Of a stretch of 64,000 bases of DNA, positions 18,981 through 28,880 are shown one piece after another. Within the stretch, counting starts at the first letter, position 1. The number at the start of each line of letters is the position of its first letter. Both the position numbers and the translations under genes were made by a program. Under the pieces are notes generated by a model. It ran no database searches. It was not told the DNA's origin and worked only from the letters and a program-made list of their open reading frames with translations. Origin of the DNA: Burkholderiaceae bacterium (GTDB lineage: Bacteria > Pseudomonadota > Gammaproteobacteria > Burkholderiales > Burkholderiaceae_A); assembly GCA_018401615.1 (NCBI GenBank), contig JAGYKN010000009.1:136-64135 (forward strand). The letters are read 5' to 3'.

Positions 18981-21215
18981 TCATTCGGCTGTGGACAGGG
19001 CCTCAGCCAGCTTGGCCAGTAACTGCGCGTGATGCTCGTCTTCAAGCTCGCGGCTCGGTGAGAAGGCCAGCAACACGCCGTGCCTGATCTCAATGTAGAG
19101 CGGGCCAGCCTGTCTGAGGGTCTCAAATATATGAGGCGGAACCTTAGGAACAGGACTGTCAGCTGGAACATAGAGCCGATAGCCGGGTGCCTCCTCGAGG
19201 TGAGCGCTCTCATTCAGGTTGACCAGATAGCGCTCTAGATAGTGACCTGGCGTGAGAACAAAATCAGGTAGCGTGACGCCGGCAGGCAACTCATGGATGA
19301 CGAGCGTGTGGCGGTGTGGCATGTGGTAATCGGGTGCCGACGTGTGGCTGTAATCGAACAATCGAATCTGCCCACCTGCCCAGGAGCCGTGAATCAGATT
19401 GCTCAGTTCACGGTGATCGCCGCGACGTAGGTAGACAAAATCATGCCGGTTGATGCTGGCGGCAACCTCAGGAGAGAACCCAAGCCCGAGGCGCTGAGCC
19501 AGGGAGGCCATCTGCTGCGCACGTCCGTCGCGTTCGGCAATCTGATGGGCAATGCGTGATTCCTGCATTCGGGCAGCCAGAGGGTGCGCAGAAAATGCAT
19601 AGAAGTGTTCCATGCCCTCTACGTTAAAAGCCCTGCCATGAGATGCTGCCTCTTCTTCGAAATGCTGCAAGAACTCAGCCGATGTGTGGTCGACAATCCG
19701 TGCAGACTCAGTAAACCGCAGGAGCACACCGTCTGACTCGGGCAATCGTTCCAAGGATTTTTGCAACGGCAGGAGATTAAAACCCACCAAGGACCCTAGG
19801 GTGAAGACATGGGTTGTGCGACCGTCATCGTCTTGTGATCGATGTTTAATGACTGGGTTACGAAATAGGCTTGCAAAGTTACCAGCCAATAGGCGAAAGG
19901 ATGATTGTGGGTCTATTCGCCCGTTTAGCACATACCGCACAGACGGCATGAGCAGATAGATGAGTAGGGCCAGCTCAATGGCCACACCAATGAACATGCC
20001 CCACAACAAGTCGGTGAGCAGAATGGCAACCACGGTGCTGGTAAACACCAGAAAACGATCTCTGCCCACGGCCAGCATGCGAATAAACAGCGCAGGCTCG
20101 CACAGCCGCCAGCCTATGTAGATGAGAATGCCCGCAATTGCAGCCAGCGGAATGAGCTTGAGCAGTTCAGGCAGCACAACAGCGAAGACCAATAAAAACA
20201 AACCGCTGTAGAGGTTTGACCACAGGGTGTGGGCACCGGAATCGATATTGGAGCGGCTTGGAACTGCATTGGGGATGACCGTCAGGCCGCCAATCATGCC
20301 CGACGTTAAGTTACAGACCCCCATGGCACGCAGCGTTTTATTGGCATCTGATTTTCGCCGCCATGGGTCTATCTTGTCGACTGCCTTGACGCTGGCCACT
20401 GATTCAACCGCATCAATCATGGTGAAGGTAAACACCACCAGTGCCATGGTGATCCAGAGTTCCGAATTGGAGAAAAATTGTGCAAAGGCAGGCAGGTGGA
20501 TGCCGTCGACGATATTTTCAGGCATGGCAATGCGCAGGCTGGCATCAAAACCCAACACGGTGCTGCTCAGAATGCCGAATGCGGCCACAACGATGGCTGC
20601 GGGAATCCAGCGCCATAGCCCACTGGCCTTGCGACGCAACGCAAACATCAGGCCGAGGCTGATCACGCCGACTGCGGCCACCTGCCACTGGGCCGATAGA
20701 AGCTGGCTGGGCAATATAGACAGTGAGTCCAGCACGGATCCCGACGGCACTGCAGGAGCCCCCAACCAAGCCGGGATCTGACGAACAATGATCATGATGC
20801 CGATTGATGCCAGCATGGCCTCAACGACCGTTGCGGGCAGCATGGTTGCATATTGCCCTGCACGAAGACCGCTCAAGAGGAGTTGGAAGGCCCCAGTCAG
20901 CACGATGGCCACCAGCACCAGGGGGTAGCCGACGGCAAGATCACCCTGACCAAGCAGCAGCATGCCCCACAGGAGGACAGGGGCAAGTGCTGCAGCAGGC
21001 CCACTGACCGTGACGTGCGAGCCCCCCAAGAACGGAGACAATAGGCCCGCCACAATTGCGGAAATTAATCCAGCAATGGCAGGTGCGCCAGATGCCAGCG
21101 CCACACCGAGCGAAAAAGGCGTCCAGAGCAACGCAACCTGTAATCCAGCCACCAGATCATGGCGCCAGTGCTTCAGGCCAGCAAGGCCACTCGAAGGCAT
21201 AGAGGGCAGGTTCAC
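18981..21215 (-). CDS. SulP/SLC26 anion (probably bicarbonate) transporter with STAS-like domain and an extra C-terminal domain
   Basis: DLVAGL...GVALASGAP...VSGPAA, multiple TM segments, IVDHT STAS motif; GTG start overlaps the upstream stop. Confidence 0.85.
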   Translation of the reverse strand: MNLPSMPSSGLAGLKHWRHDLVAGLQVALLWTPFSLGVALASGAPAIAGLISAIVAGLLSPFLGGSHVTVSGPAAALAPVLLWGMLLLGQGDLAVGYPLVLVAIVLTGAFQLLLSGLRAGQYATMLPATVVEAMLASIGIMIIVRQIPAWLGAPAVPSGSVLDSLSILPSQLLSAQWQVAAVGVISLGLMFALRRKASGLWRWIPAAIVVAAFGILSSTVLGFDASLRIAMPENIVDGIHLPAFAQFFSNSELWITMALVVFTFTMIDAVESVASVKAVDKIDPWRRKSDANKTLRAMGVCNLTSGMIGGLTVIPNAVPSRSNIDSGAHTLWSNLYSGLFLLVFAVVLPELLKLIPLAAIAGILIYIGWRLCEPALFIRMLAVGRDRFLVFTSTVVAILLTDLLWGMFIGVAIELALLIYLLMPSVRYVLNGRIDPQSSFRLLAGNFASLFRNPVIKHRSQDDDGRTTHVFTLGSLVGFNLLPLQKSLERLPESDGVLLRFTESARIVDHTSAEFLQHFEEEAASHGRAFNVEGMEHFYAFSAHPLAARMQESRIAHQIAERDGRAQQMASLAQRLGLGFSPEVAASINRHDFVYLRRGDHRELSNLIHGSWAGGQIRLFDYSHTSAPDYHMPHRHTLVIHELPAGVTLPDFVLTPGHYLERYLVNLNESAHLEEAPGYRLYVPADSPVPKVPPHIFETLRQAGPLYIEIRHGVLLAFSPSRELEDEHHAQLLAKLAEALSTAE

Positions 21216-22036
21216 TGTGCCCACTGCCGGAGGTAATGCTCAACCACCTCAACCACCGCCTTGGATTTGATCACCAACCCAAGGTCAATCATCTCTGAAC
21301 CCATGACCAGACCGTGATTGTTTGCCGGAACCGGTAAAGACACCAGATGATTTGCCTCCTCACGAAAAAAGACGGCCGCAACAACACCCACAAATAAGAA
21401 ATGTCGACCAGCACTCTGCCCAAATCGGTGCACATCGGGCAGGTACACAAAGACGGGGCTGCCGCTTGACCCAGGGTACACGGCCGCATCAATCAGAAAC
21501 TCGGCACGGCCTTCAAAGTCTAGCGCCATGGGGGTGGCTGTGGTGCCCCGACGTAATATGGGCATGAGGTTGACCTGATCCCAGACCCCGCTGGGATAGC
21601 CCACAAACAAGACCTCTTCTAATGCATCAAGTGCGCGGGTGGCTTCTTCGTTGGGCACGAGCCTTGTGTCGATCACCTGGTAGTAGAGCTCGACGCCCTG
21701 TTGATTGGCGGCCTGCTCAAGGGGTCGCATGGGAATGATGGCCAGATCAACCGCGGGATCAGGGTGCAGATACCAGGCCTGTGGAAAGTCATCGATATTG
21801 AGTTGAAACCGCTGGCCCAGCAGGGGCCGGCCATGGCGCTTCTGGGTAAAGACCAGACCCCCCCGGCGGACACCGTCAACGAGATGTCGGTTGGTCACGA
21901 TGAAGGTGTGAGTGCCGTGCGCATTGGCATGACTGACCACGAAGGCGGTGCCCGAGCCTTCGCTGCCGTCGTCAAGAACGGTGTCGACCCGAATGGTGTT
22001 AAAGAGCAGTCGTTTGGTGGTCGAGTTGATTTCCAC
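21212..22036 (-). CDS. Trypsin-like serine protease, no signal peptide
   Basis: GSGTAF, TNRH (His), DLAI (Asp), VGYP, PGSSGSP (Ser). Confidence 0.85.
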   Translation of the reverse strand: MEINSTTKRLLFNTIRVDTVLDDGSEGSGTAFVVSHANAHGTHTFIVTNRHLVDGVRRGGLVFTQKRHGRPLLGQRFQLNIDDFPQAWYLHPDPAVDLAIIPMRPLEQAANQQGVELYYQVIDTRLVPNEEATRALDALEEVLFVGYPSGVWDQVNLMPILRRGTTATPMALDFEGRAEFLIDAAVYPGSSGSPVFVYLPDVHRFGQSAGRHFLFVGVVAAVFFREEANHLVSLPVPANNHGLVMGSEMIDLGLVIKSKAVVEVVEHYLRQWAQ

Positions 22037-22041
22037 AGGGC

Positions 22042-22671
22042 TTAGTCTTGCCGGGCATGAAGATTGAGCTGCGCAATGGCGCGATGGGCTGCATGCATTG
22101 CGGCCTCAGCCTCGGCCTCGGTGCCCATCATGGTGAGCCGCCCAAAGCTGCCGAATGCCTTGACATCCACCAGCGTGACGTTGGCCGCCTTCTCCGCCTC
22201 ATTGGCTGCAAAGACAATGTATCCAGCAGGCTCTGTCTCGAGGATGAACATGCTCTTGCCAGGCAACAACATTGAGCCTTTTCGCATCTGCCGATTGATC
22301 AGCGTGGCATGGTCTGGGGTCACCGCGCAGATGACCTCGCTCCAGGCGATTCGACACGCCATACGATCACCCACGCTTGCGCCCAACTGCTCCAAGATGA
22401 TGCGGCTTGCCTCCTGGACCTCGCTCTGATTGCGATAGTGAATGCCCATGGAGCCGAATGCGCGCTCAACCACCTGTTCACCCATGCGAACGTTGGTTCG
22501 TTTGAGCGCAATATCAGACAGGCGGTGGACGGCCATGCCGGGTGAGACCTCGATCCAGACACAGGCGTCACCCGGGATGGGCAGGAAGCCCTGCGACGAC
22601 GTCGCCAGATACGAGGCCAACTGCGGCTGCAGAGAATCAATGAAGGAGAAGGTTCGTAGGCTAATGTCCAT
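22042..22671 (-). CDS. csoS1D: Tandem-BMC carboxysome shell protein CsoS1D
   Basis: [43 protein letters not shown]. Confidence 0.9.
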   Translation of the reverse strand: MDISLRTFSFIDSLQPQLASYLATSSQGFLPIPGDACVWIEVSPGMAVHRLSDIALKRTNVRMGEQVVERAFGSMGIHYRNQSEVQEASRIILEQLGASVGDRMACRIAWSEVICAVTPDHATLINRQMRKGSMLLPGKSMFILETEPAGYIVFAANEAEKAANVTLVDVKAFGSFGRLTMMGTEAEAEAAMHAAHRAIAQLNLHARQD

Positions 22672-22679
22672 GGCTCATC

Positions 22680-25034
22680 TCACCGGGTCAGGCCCATGTA
22701 GAGCATGGGGAGCTTTTCGGGAAGACGTTCAACCTGATCGAGCACCGTAAAGTTCTTTGCGCCAAAGATACGCGAGACATATTGGTCTGCGTGTGGGTCC
22801 AGGCTGAGTGCATAGACCGTGATGCCATCACGCGTGAGCCCCTCAACGGCGCGTCTGGCATCAAAGCGCAGGTAATGAGGATCGCGGACATCGTTGTCAG
22901 CTGGCTCGCCATCTGTGATGACAAACATTATTTTTTTACGCTCTGGCCGCAGCTTAAAGGCTGACCCCGCGTGGCGCAGGGCCGCACCCATGCGTGTGGA
23001 AAAGGCGCCGCTCATGCCAGCGAGCCGAGCCTTGACCTGATCGTTGTAGGGCTGATCAAAATCCTTGAACCGGTAGTAATGCACGTCGTGTCTGCCGTCT
23101 GAAGAGAATCCATTGATGGCAAATGGGTCGCCAATCCGATCCAATGCACCAGACAACATGACTGTTGCTGCTCGTGATAGATCCATGATGCTGTATTCCT
23201 GACCACGGACCTTGTCATTTGACGACTCGGACATATCAAGCAAGACCATCACCGATAGATCGCGTTGATTGCGCTGATTGCGCATCATGATTCGGGTGTC
23301 GGGCTGCTGGCCCATTCGGATATCGATCATGGCCCGAACGGCTGCATTGATATCGAGCTCATCGCCATCTTCGACCCGACGAATGCGCTGCATGCCCTGC
23401 GGGATCATGGACTCGATCAGAAACTTCAGACGCGAAATGACCGGCTTATTGTCCTGCACGATCTTCTCGATGTCGGCCAGATCCCCCATGGGCGGGCGAC
23501 GCTCCAGCACGGTCACCCAGCTGGGTCGATCGAGCTGAATTTGATAATCCCACTCGCTGTATTGCACGGGGTCAGCGATCGGTTCACGCCCCTCAATGGA
23601 ATTGATGCTGATGCCTTCTTGGTCGAGGATGAATTCGGTTGGCAATACCCAGATCTCGTCGGCATTGTCACCAGCAAACTCGTTATTGGTCTCGTTGATC
23701 ATCTCCATGATGTTGACTTTTCGCCGAACCTGCTTGGGGGTCCATGTTGCCTCGAGCGCCTTGTCAATGTCGTAGGCATCAGATTCCCAGATCGTGCGAT
23801 TGTCGTCACGGTATCTCGCACGCAGGCCGTCTGTTTTGGGGTTGAAATCTGGTAACGCCAACTGATCCAAGCCCTGCGATAGCGCAAGGCCAATCTTCAG
23901 ACTGATCTGATTGCTTGTGAGGTCACTCTCATCTGAGAACAACGCGACGCCGTCACGCACCCAGGGATGCAGGTCGGTGGACTGCGGGTCGAGCAAGGCT
24001 CGTGCAAGCCGGTTCAGGAGATCGCCCACCGTTACGGGTTCGTGGGCATCCGGTGATGGATGGAATGCCAGCCAGGCGGCACGCATATTTGGAAATTGGC
24101 GGCAGGCCAGGGTCTCGACGCGGGCATCTTCGATCACCTCAATGATGGCCTTCTGTGTGGTGGTGAGGGCCTGCAGTGACAAGGGCGCCTGGGTGAAGAC
24201 CAGGTGCGCAGCGCAATGGTTCACCACCGCACGATAGACCTCTGGGCCCAGGATTGGCTCCAACTCATTGGGGTTGTCGGCCTGCGGCCGATAATCGTCA
24301 TAGGCGTCTGGAATGTAGATGACATAGCGTTCGATGTAAGGCTTCAGACCATCGCGGTTTTCATAGTCACCAGAGGTTGGGCGCAGGAAGAAATCGCGGC
24401 CCCAGATTGCCCGAAGATAGATGTTGAGTCGTCTCTGGACATCAACAAAAAGCGTGCCCTTGCGCTCCTGCTGCAGCACCTGCAGAGCATCAGGGCTCTG
24501 GAGCCCAAAGTAGCGCACCTGGCCTTCAAGATCATCCTTATAGGCCTGTGCACCCCACATCACCCACCGACGTAGGCCCCCGAGTGTGAGCTGAGAGAGC
24601 AGTGGTTCGATATTTTCCAACATGGGTCGCAGGCCCCGTGGCGCCTGTGTCAGCACGAGCGAGAGCACATTTAGAAAACGGCGAAACAGCTCCTCATCGG
24701 CCAGGCGATCTGCAGCCTTGGGTGCCGCGCTGACGATGAGGGTGAGCATCGAGCCTGATGCCTTAGAGGCCATGCCCAGGATGAAATTCACCACCTCTGG
24801 CAGGACATCTTCCCCGATTGCATTTGCAACGGCGGGCATGCACTCAATGTAGCTCGTCACCAGTGATTGATCTCGGCCAAGCTGATTCAGGGCAATTGCA
24901 CCCTTGATGTAGTTATCCATTCCCCTAGACGAGAAGGCACGAGAGGCCTCTGTCCAGCCAGCGGCAAGCGTGGCCTGGGCCTCGCTCGGTAGGTCGGTCA
25001 GCAGCTCTTGGTAATCGTCGAGATAAATTGCCAT
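22680..25034 (-). CDS. cbbO: Rubisco activase adaptor CbbO (VWA domain)
   Basis: LTLGGLRRW, YSEWDYQ, MIDAS DMSES, STRMGAALRHAG, TDGEP. Confidence 0.93.
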   Translation of the reverse strand: MAIYLDDYQELLTDLPSEAQATLAAGWTEASRAFSSRGMDNYIKGAIALNQLGRDQSLVTSYIECMPAVANAIGEDVLPEVVNFILGMASKASGSMLTLIVSAAPKAADRLADEELFRRFLNVLSLVLTQAPRGLRPMLENIEPLLSQLTLGGLRRWVMWGAQAYKDDLEGQVRYFGLQSPDALQVLQQERKGTLFVDVQRRLNIYLRAIWGRDFFLRPTSGDYENRDGLKPYIERYVIYIPDAYDDYRPQADNPNELEPILGPEVYRAVVNHCAAHLVFTQAPLSLQALTTTQKAIIEVIEDARVETLACRQFPNMRAAWLAFHPSPDAHEPVTVGDLLNRLARALLDPQSTDLHPWVRDGVALFSDESDLTSNQISLKIGLALSQGLDQLALPDFNPKTDGLRARYRDDNRTIWESDAYDIDKALEATWTPKQVRRKVNIMEMINETNNEFAGDNADEIWVLPTEFILDQEGISINSIEGREPIADPVQYSEWDYQIQLDRPSWVTVLERRPPMGDLADIEKIVQDNKPVISRLKFLIESMIPQGMQRIRRVEDGDELDINAAVRAMIDIRMGQQPDTRIMMRNQRNQRDLSVMVLLDMSESSNDKVRGQEYSIMDLSRAATVMLSGALDRIGDPFAINGFSSDGRHDVHYYRFKDFDQPYNDQVKARLAGMSGAFSTRMGAALRHAGSAFKLRPERKKIMFVITDGEPADNDVRDPHYLRFDARRAVEGLTRDGITVYALSLDPHADQYVSRIFGAKNFTVLDQVERLPEKLPMLYMGLTR

Positions 25035-25092
25035 GGTCGATCGGTGTGTTGTCACCAGGCCAAGCCGCCTGGAAGGCCAAGCCTTCTATGTC

Positions 25093-26130
25093 TTAGAAAT
25101 AGGTGCTAGCAGCGGAATCGAGTGCATCTCGCATGTCGGGGTCGTCGGTGATGGGGCGAACCAGCGCCACACGGCAGGCCGACAGGGCCGGCACGCCCTG
25201 CGCAATCAGAGAGCCGGCATAGATGAGCATGCGGGTGGACAGACCCTCATCAAGGCCATGGCCTTTGAGATTGCGCGCCCGTTCCCCAATATGAACGAGT
25301 TTTTGTGCGGTCTCTAGATCAACGCCTGACTCATGGGCCACGATTTCGGCCTCGGTGTCGTGCTCTGGATAACTAAAATCGAGCGCACCAAAACGTTGTT
25401 TTGTGGATTGCTTTAAATCCTTCATCAATGACTGATAGCCGGGGTTGTACGAGATGACAATCTGGAAATCGGGGTGGGCATGCAACAACTCACCTTTTTT
25501 CTCAAGCGGCAACACACGTCTTGCATCTGTGAGCGGGTGAATCACCACGGTGGTGTCTTGCCTTGCCTCAACGACCTCGTCGAGATAGCAGATGGCACCA
25601 TATCGGGCGGCCAGCGCAAGAGGGCCGTCTTGCCAACGCGTGCCGCTGGCATCGAGCAGAAACCTGCCCACCAGGTCGGAGGCCGTCATGTCTTCGTTAC
25701 AGGCCACGGTGATCAAGGGCCTATTGAGCCTCCAGGCCATGTACTCCACAAAACGGGTTTTGCCACAACCCGTTGGGCCCTTCAGCATCATGGGCATGCG
25801 CACCGAATAGGCTGCCTCGTAGAGCGTGACCTCGTCAGAGACCGTTCGGTAGTAGGGCTCCTCTTGAACGCGGTAGGGCCCAAGAATCTCATCGGCCGTG
25901 ATGCTCGAAGCCTGGGAGGTGCCCCATCCACTGCCTGCCTGCGATGCGAGGTCCGTGCGCACTGAGGAGGCCAGAGCACCAGAGGGGGCCAAAACGCCGG
26001 AGGAGGCCAGCGCACCAACGGAGGCCGTCTCGGGCTGTCGGATTGGGCCAACGGTTGGCCTGGCCTGCGAACTGCGTTCAGCAGCAGGCCTGCGGAGAGA
26101 ATAAATTTGGCGCGAGGAATCGTTGGACAT
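25093..26130 (-). CDS. cbbQ: Rubisco activase AAA+ ATPase CbbQ with N-terminal extension
   Basis: KGPTGCGKTRF, YLDEVVEARQD, SYNPGYQ, KQSTKQRF, STRMLIYA. Confidence 0.95.
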   Translation of the reverse strand: MSNDSSRQIYSLRRPAAERSSQARPTVGPIRQPETASVGALASSGVLAPSGALASSVRTDLASQAGSGWGTSQASSITADEILGPYRVQEEPYYRTVSDEVTLYEAAYSVRMPMMLKGPTGCGKTRFVEYMAWRLNRPLITVACNEDMTASDLVGRFLLDASGTRWQDGPLALAARYGAICYLDEVVEARQDTTVVIHPLTDARRVLPLEKKGELLHAHPDFQIVISYNPGYQSLMKDLKQSTKQRFGALDFSYPEHDTEAEIVAHESGVDLETAQKLVHIGERARNLKGHGLDEGLSTRMLIYAGSLIAQGVPALSACRVALVRPITDDPDMRDALDSAASTYF

Positions 26131-26167
26131 GAATCAGCCTGGGAATGAGCAATCAGTCAATGAGCAA

Positions 26168-26419
26168 TCAGTCGGGCCAGATGCGATCGGGAAATGCAAA
26201 GCCACCCCCACCAGATGCTTGGGCTGCGGAAGGTTGCATGGCCTTTGCCTTCGAACCAGCAGCCTTGGGTGTCGTCTCTGAGGCCACGGGGCGTGACGCA
26301 GCATCTCTGCCCTGCGGCTTGGCGGCGTTCGGCTTGGCGGCGGTCGGTGTGGCCGCGGCTGGTGTGGCGAGCTTAGATTGCCGAACACTTGCCGAGAGTT
26401 TGTCTTTTATGTTGGTCAT
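26168..26419 (-). CDS. mcdB: Carboxysome positioning protein McdB (alpha type)
   Basis: Small and disordered, basic N-terminal helix, C-terminal RIWPD; directly after the ParA-like gene. Confidence 0.85.
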   Translation of the reverse strand: MTNIKDKLSASVRQSKLATPAAATPTAAKPNAAKPQGRDAASRPVASETTPKAAGSKAKAMQPSAAQASGGGGFAFPDRIWPD

Positions 26420-27051
26420 TTTCCAAAGGCCTCCTGAATGATGGCGTTGATGTCTGCGGCCGCCGGTGCCCCCCGCCTGCCCATCTGAAAGACCGACACG
26501 CCATCTAAGGCGGCGGTTCGAAATGCGGCCCGTCGCCGAATCGTTGAGGCAAGCAGGGGCAGTCCACAGTCTGTTAGCGCCTCATTCATGGCCGATGAGA
26601 TGGCGCTTTTCGGTTCAAGCTGATTGAGCACCAAAAATGCACGGAGGTTTGGCCGCAACTTTCGGGCCTCTTCGATCTCTTGCAAGAGGCGCAGACTTGC
26701 CCAGAGATCGACTGGAGAAGGCAGTATTGGAATCAGGGCGATATCGCAGGCGCGCAGTGCCTGGGCGGTGGAGTTGCTCTCCAATGAGGGCGGACAATCC
26801 AAGACCACATGGTCAAAGGCCCGAAAGCTCTGGCGTATGCCCTGCGCGTCCCATCTGGATTGAATCTGCTTGACTGCCACAGGAAACGGGGCTGTGCCCT
26901 GACTGGCCCACTGGACGGAGGACGCCTGAGGGTCAAGATCGATGACCACGGTTGGTCCATGCTGCGCCAGACCTGCGGCCAGGTTCATTGAGAGCGTTGT
27001 TTTCCCCGCCCCACCCTTTTGATTGATCACCGCTGTGAAGCAGGCGGGCAT
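26416..27051 (-). CDS. mcdA: ParA/MinD-family ATPase McdA
   Basis: NQKGGAGKTT, DLDPQ, DCPP; carboxysome context. Confidence 0.87.
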   Translation of the reverse strand: MPACFTAVINQKGGAGKTTLSMNLAAGLAQHGPTVVIDLDPQASSVQWASQGTAPFPVAVKQIQSRWDAQGIRQSFRAFDHVVLDCPPSLESNSTAQALRACDIALIPILPSPVDLWASLRLLQEIEEARKLRPNLRAFLVLNQLEPKSAISSAMNEALTDCGLPLLASTIRRRAAFRTAALDGVSVFQMGRRGAPAAADINAIIQEAFGK

Positions 27052-27052
27052 G

Positions 27053-27313
27053 CTAAGACTCCGCGGGGCTGTAGAGCGCACTGATGCGCAGGGCAAGGGA
27101 TGTGTCGGCCTGCCCAGCTGTGTCGGGATCCAGCGTGATATTGATGTAGTTGCTTCCAAAATTAATATTCTGTGGGTGCACCCCATGGGCCTCCGTGAGC
27201 GCGGCAAGCGCATCTAGAAAGTCACGGGTCTGACTGTAGCCGTCGAACCTGAACCGCCGAAAGAGCGTTGGCTCGCGACCCCTTGATTCCCATCCCTGGG
27301 GAATCTCAGCCAC
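27053..27313 (-). CDS. Pterin dehydratase-like Rubisco assembly factor (acRAF)
   Basis: LFRRFRFDGYSQTRDFLD, HPQNINFG; typical cso-locus gene. Confidence 0.82.
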   Translation of the reverse strand: MAEIPQGWESRGREPTLFRRFRFDGYSQTRDFLDALAALTEAHGVHPQNINFGSNYINITLDPDTAGQADTSLALRISALYSPAES

Positions 27314-27743
27314 TGCGGGACTTTCCTTGAATCACTGCATCAAGTTGGACCAGGTGCTGCTTTTCCTCGTCCAGGATGGAGGCCATTAGACTGGCTGTCT
27401 CGGTGTCACGGACCCGGTTGGCGTGCAAGAGGGCCTCTTTATAGATGCGAATCGCCTCGAGTTCCAGACCACGATTTGCCAATAAAAGCTCGTCTGCGTT
27501 TCGTCCCAGCCGGGCCACCGACAACGGCTGCGCTGCTGGTGAAACACCCATTAAGATCAGCCGCTCCATGAGTAACTCGGCATGCGCCAGTTCCTCTGTC
27601 GCCTCATGTCGAAGCCCCTTCGATAAGGCTTCATCTCCCCAGCGTCTGGCCAGCACACTCTGCGCCAAGAGCTGCTGCACAGCAGAGAGCTCGTGAGCCA
27701 ATGCCCGATTGAGCCAGCCAAGGGTGCGCGGGTCAGCACTCAT
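27306..27743 (-). CDS. Bacterioferritin-like protein of cso loci
   Basis: LNRALAHELSAVQQ, EELAHA, DEEKQH ferritin-like motifs. Confidence 0.82.
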   Translation of the reverse strand: MSADPRTLGWLNRALAHELSAVQQLLAQSVLARRWGDEALSKGLRHEATEELAHAELLMERLILMGVSPAAQPLSVARLGRNADELLLANRGLELEAIRIYKEALLHANRVRDTETASLMASILDEEKQHLVQLDAVIQGKSRSG

Positions 27744-27777
27744 TGCGACAGACGCTAAGCAGCAATCGCTTCACAGA

Positions 27778-28116
27778 TTAACTGCGGGCCATGGTGATTT
27801 CACCATCTCGGCCACCACCGAGTGACTCAGGTGACGACGGTAGGATGGATTCCACCTCATCGTGAACGCGGGCAATGATGTGGGCAGCAACCAGGCCGTC
27901 ACCCACACGCTCGCATGCATCAGCCCCGGCACGAACAGCTGCATTTACCGCACCCGTCTCGCCACGAACCAACACCGTCACATACCCACCACCAACAAAC
28001 TGGCGGCCCACCAAACGCACCTCTGCTGCCTTGGTCATCGCATCTGCTGCCTCAATTGCAGGCACAAGACCGCGGGTTTCAATCATGCCAAGGGCAATTC
28101 CTCTGTTGTCAGCCAT
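27778..28116 (-). CDS. csoS1: Carboxysome major shell hexamer CsoS1
   Basis: [28 protein letters not shown]...[23 protein letters not shown]; AAGGAG RBS. Confidence 0.96.
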   Translation of the reverse strand: MADNRGIALGMIETRGLVPAIEAADAMTKAAEVRLVGRQFVGGGYVTVLVRGETGAVNAAVRAGADACERVGDGLVAAHIIARVHDEVESILPSSPESLGGGRDGEITMARS

Positions 28117-28192
28117 TTACCGCTCCTTTGTTAAAAAAATAAAAAAGTCATGCTCTGCTGCCTTGATGCGTCCGGGGCCCACATCAACCCCA

Positions 28193-28304
28193 CCTGCTGC
28201 CTGCCCAAAACCTGCCTGCCCACCGAATGCCTGCTGCCTGCCCAAAACCTGCATGCCCACCGATGACCTGCTACATTCCTGCCCAATTCCTGCCCACTAC
28301 CTGC
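28193..28304. repeat. Two 37-bp tandem repeats plus a CCTGC-rich tail in the csoS4B-csoS1 spacer
   Basis: cctgctgcctgcccaaaacctgc(c/a)tgcccaccga at 28193 and 28230; further cctgc units up to 28304. Confidence 0.8.
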
Positions 28305-28347
28305 AAATGCACCGTCGTCTGCTTCTTTGCGCGCCTCAACTCCCTCG

Positions 28348-28596
28348 CTATGGTCGATCCCAGTGGTCAATGATTCCGCAGATGGTGAGGTCGGTCACAA
28401 CCAATGGATTCGACATGGCCATGCGGGCTGCTGTGCCGGTCGTTGTGAAGACCCATTTGCCAACTGGCACACCCACTGGATCGGTTGCCACTGACAGGGC
28501 ACCCTGCTCGTTCTCCACAACACGCAGCGGAGCAGCTTGGAGCCCCGGCACACGACGGGTGCAGACCAGATCATCCATGACACGCATGATTTCCAT
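28348..28596 (-). CDS. csoS4B: Carboxysome vertex pentamer CsoS4B
   Basis: LVCTRRV, VATDPVG, GTAAR, TDLTICGIIDHW. Confidence 0.9.
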   Translation of the reverse strand: MEIMRVMDDLVCTRRVPGLQAAPLRVVENEQGALSVATDPVGVPVGKWVFTTTGTAARMAMSNPLVVTDLTICGIIDHWDRP

Positions 28597-28853
28597 TACG
28601 TCTGGTCTGCCTGCCAGTGATCGATGATTCCCACAATGGTTAAATCTGACGGAAACTCTCTGCTGCCCGCAGCATCTCGTGCGGCCGAGGAACCCACGCA
28701 GATCACCCAGTCCCCTGGGATGCAGCCCACCGCGTCGACCGCCACACTGCGAGGGCCGTCGGCCTTCTCCTGCACCACCAACAGGGGGCGGTGCCCAAAT
28801 TCGCGCAATCGATTGGTCGAGACCAGTGTTTTTTCAACTCTCATAATCTTCAT
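28596..28853 (-). CDS. csoS4A: Carboxysome vertex pentamer CsoS4A
   Basis: MKIMRVEKTLVSTNR, VAVDAVGCIPGDWVICVGSSAAR, DLTIVGIIDHW. Confidence 0.93.
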   Translation of the reverse strand: MKIMRVEKTLVSTNRLREFGHRPLLVVQEKADGPRSVAVDAVGCIPGDWVICVGSSAARDAAGSREFPSDLTIVGIIDHWQADQT

Positions 28854-28880
28854 GTCGTTTTACCTTGTCATCTGGTCGCG

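Noticed and set aside
26416-27051. ParA as a plasmid or prophage partition gene
   Set aside because: It is followed by a WPD-ending McdB inside the cso locus, so it is the known carboxysome positioning system
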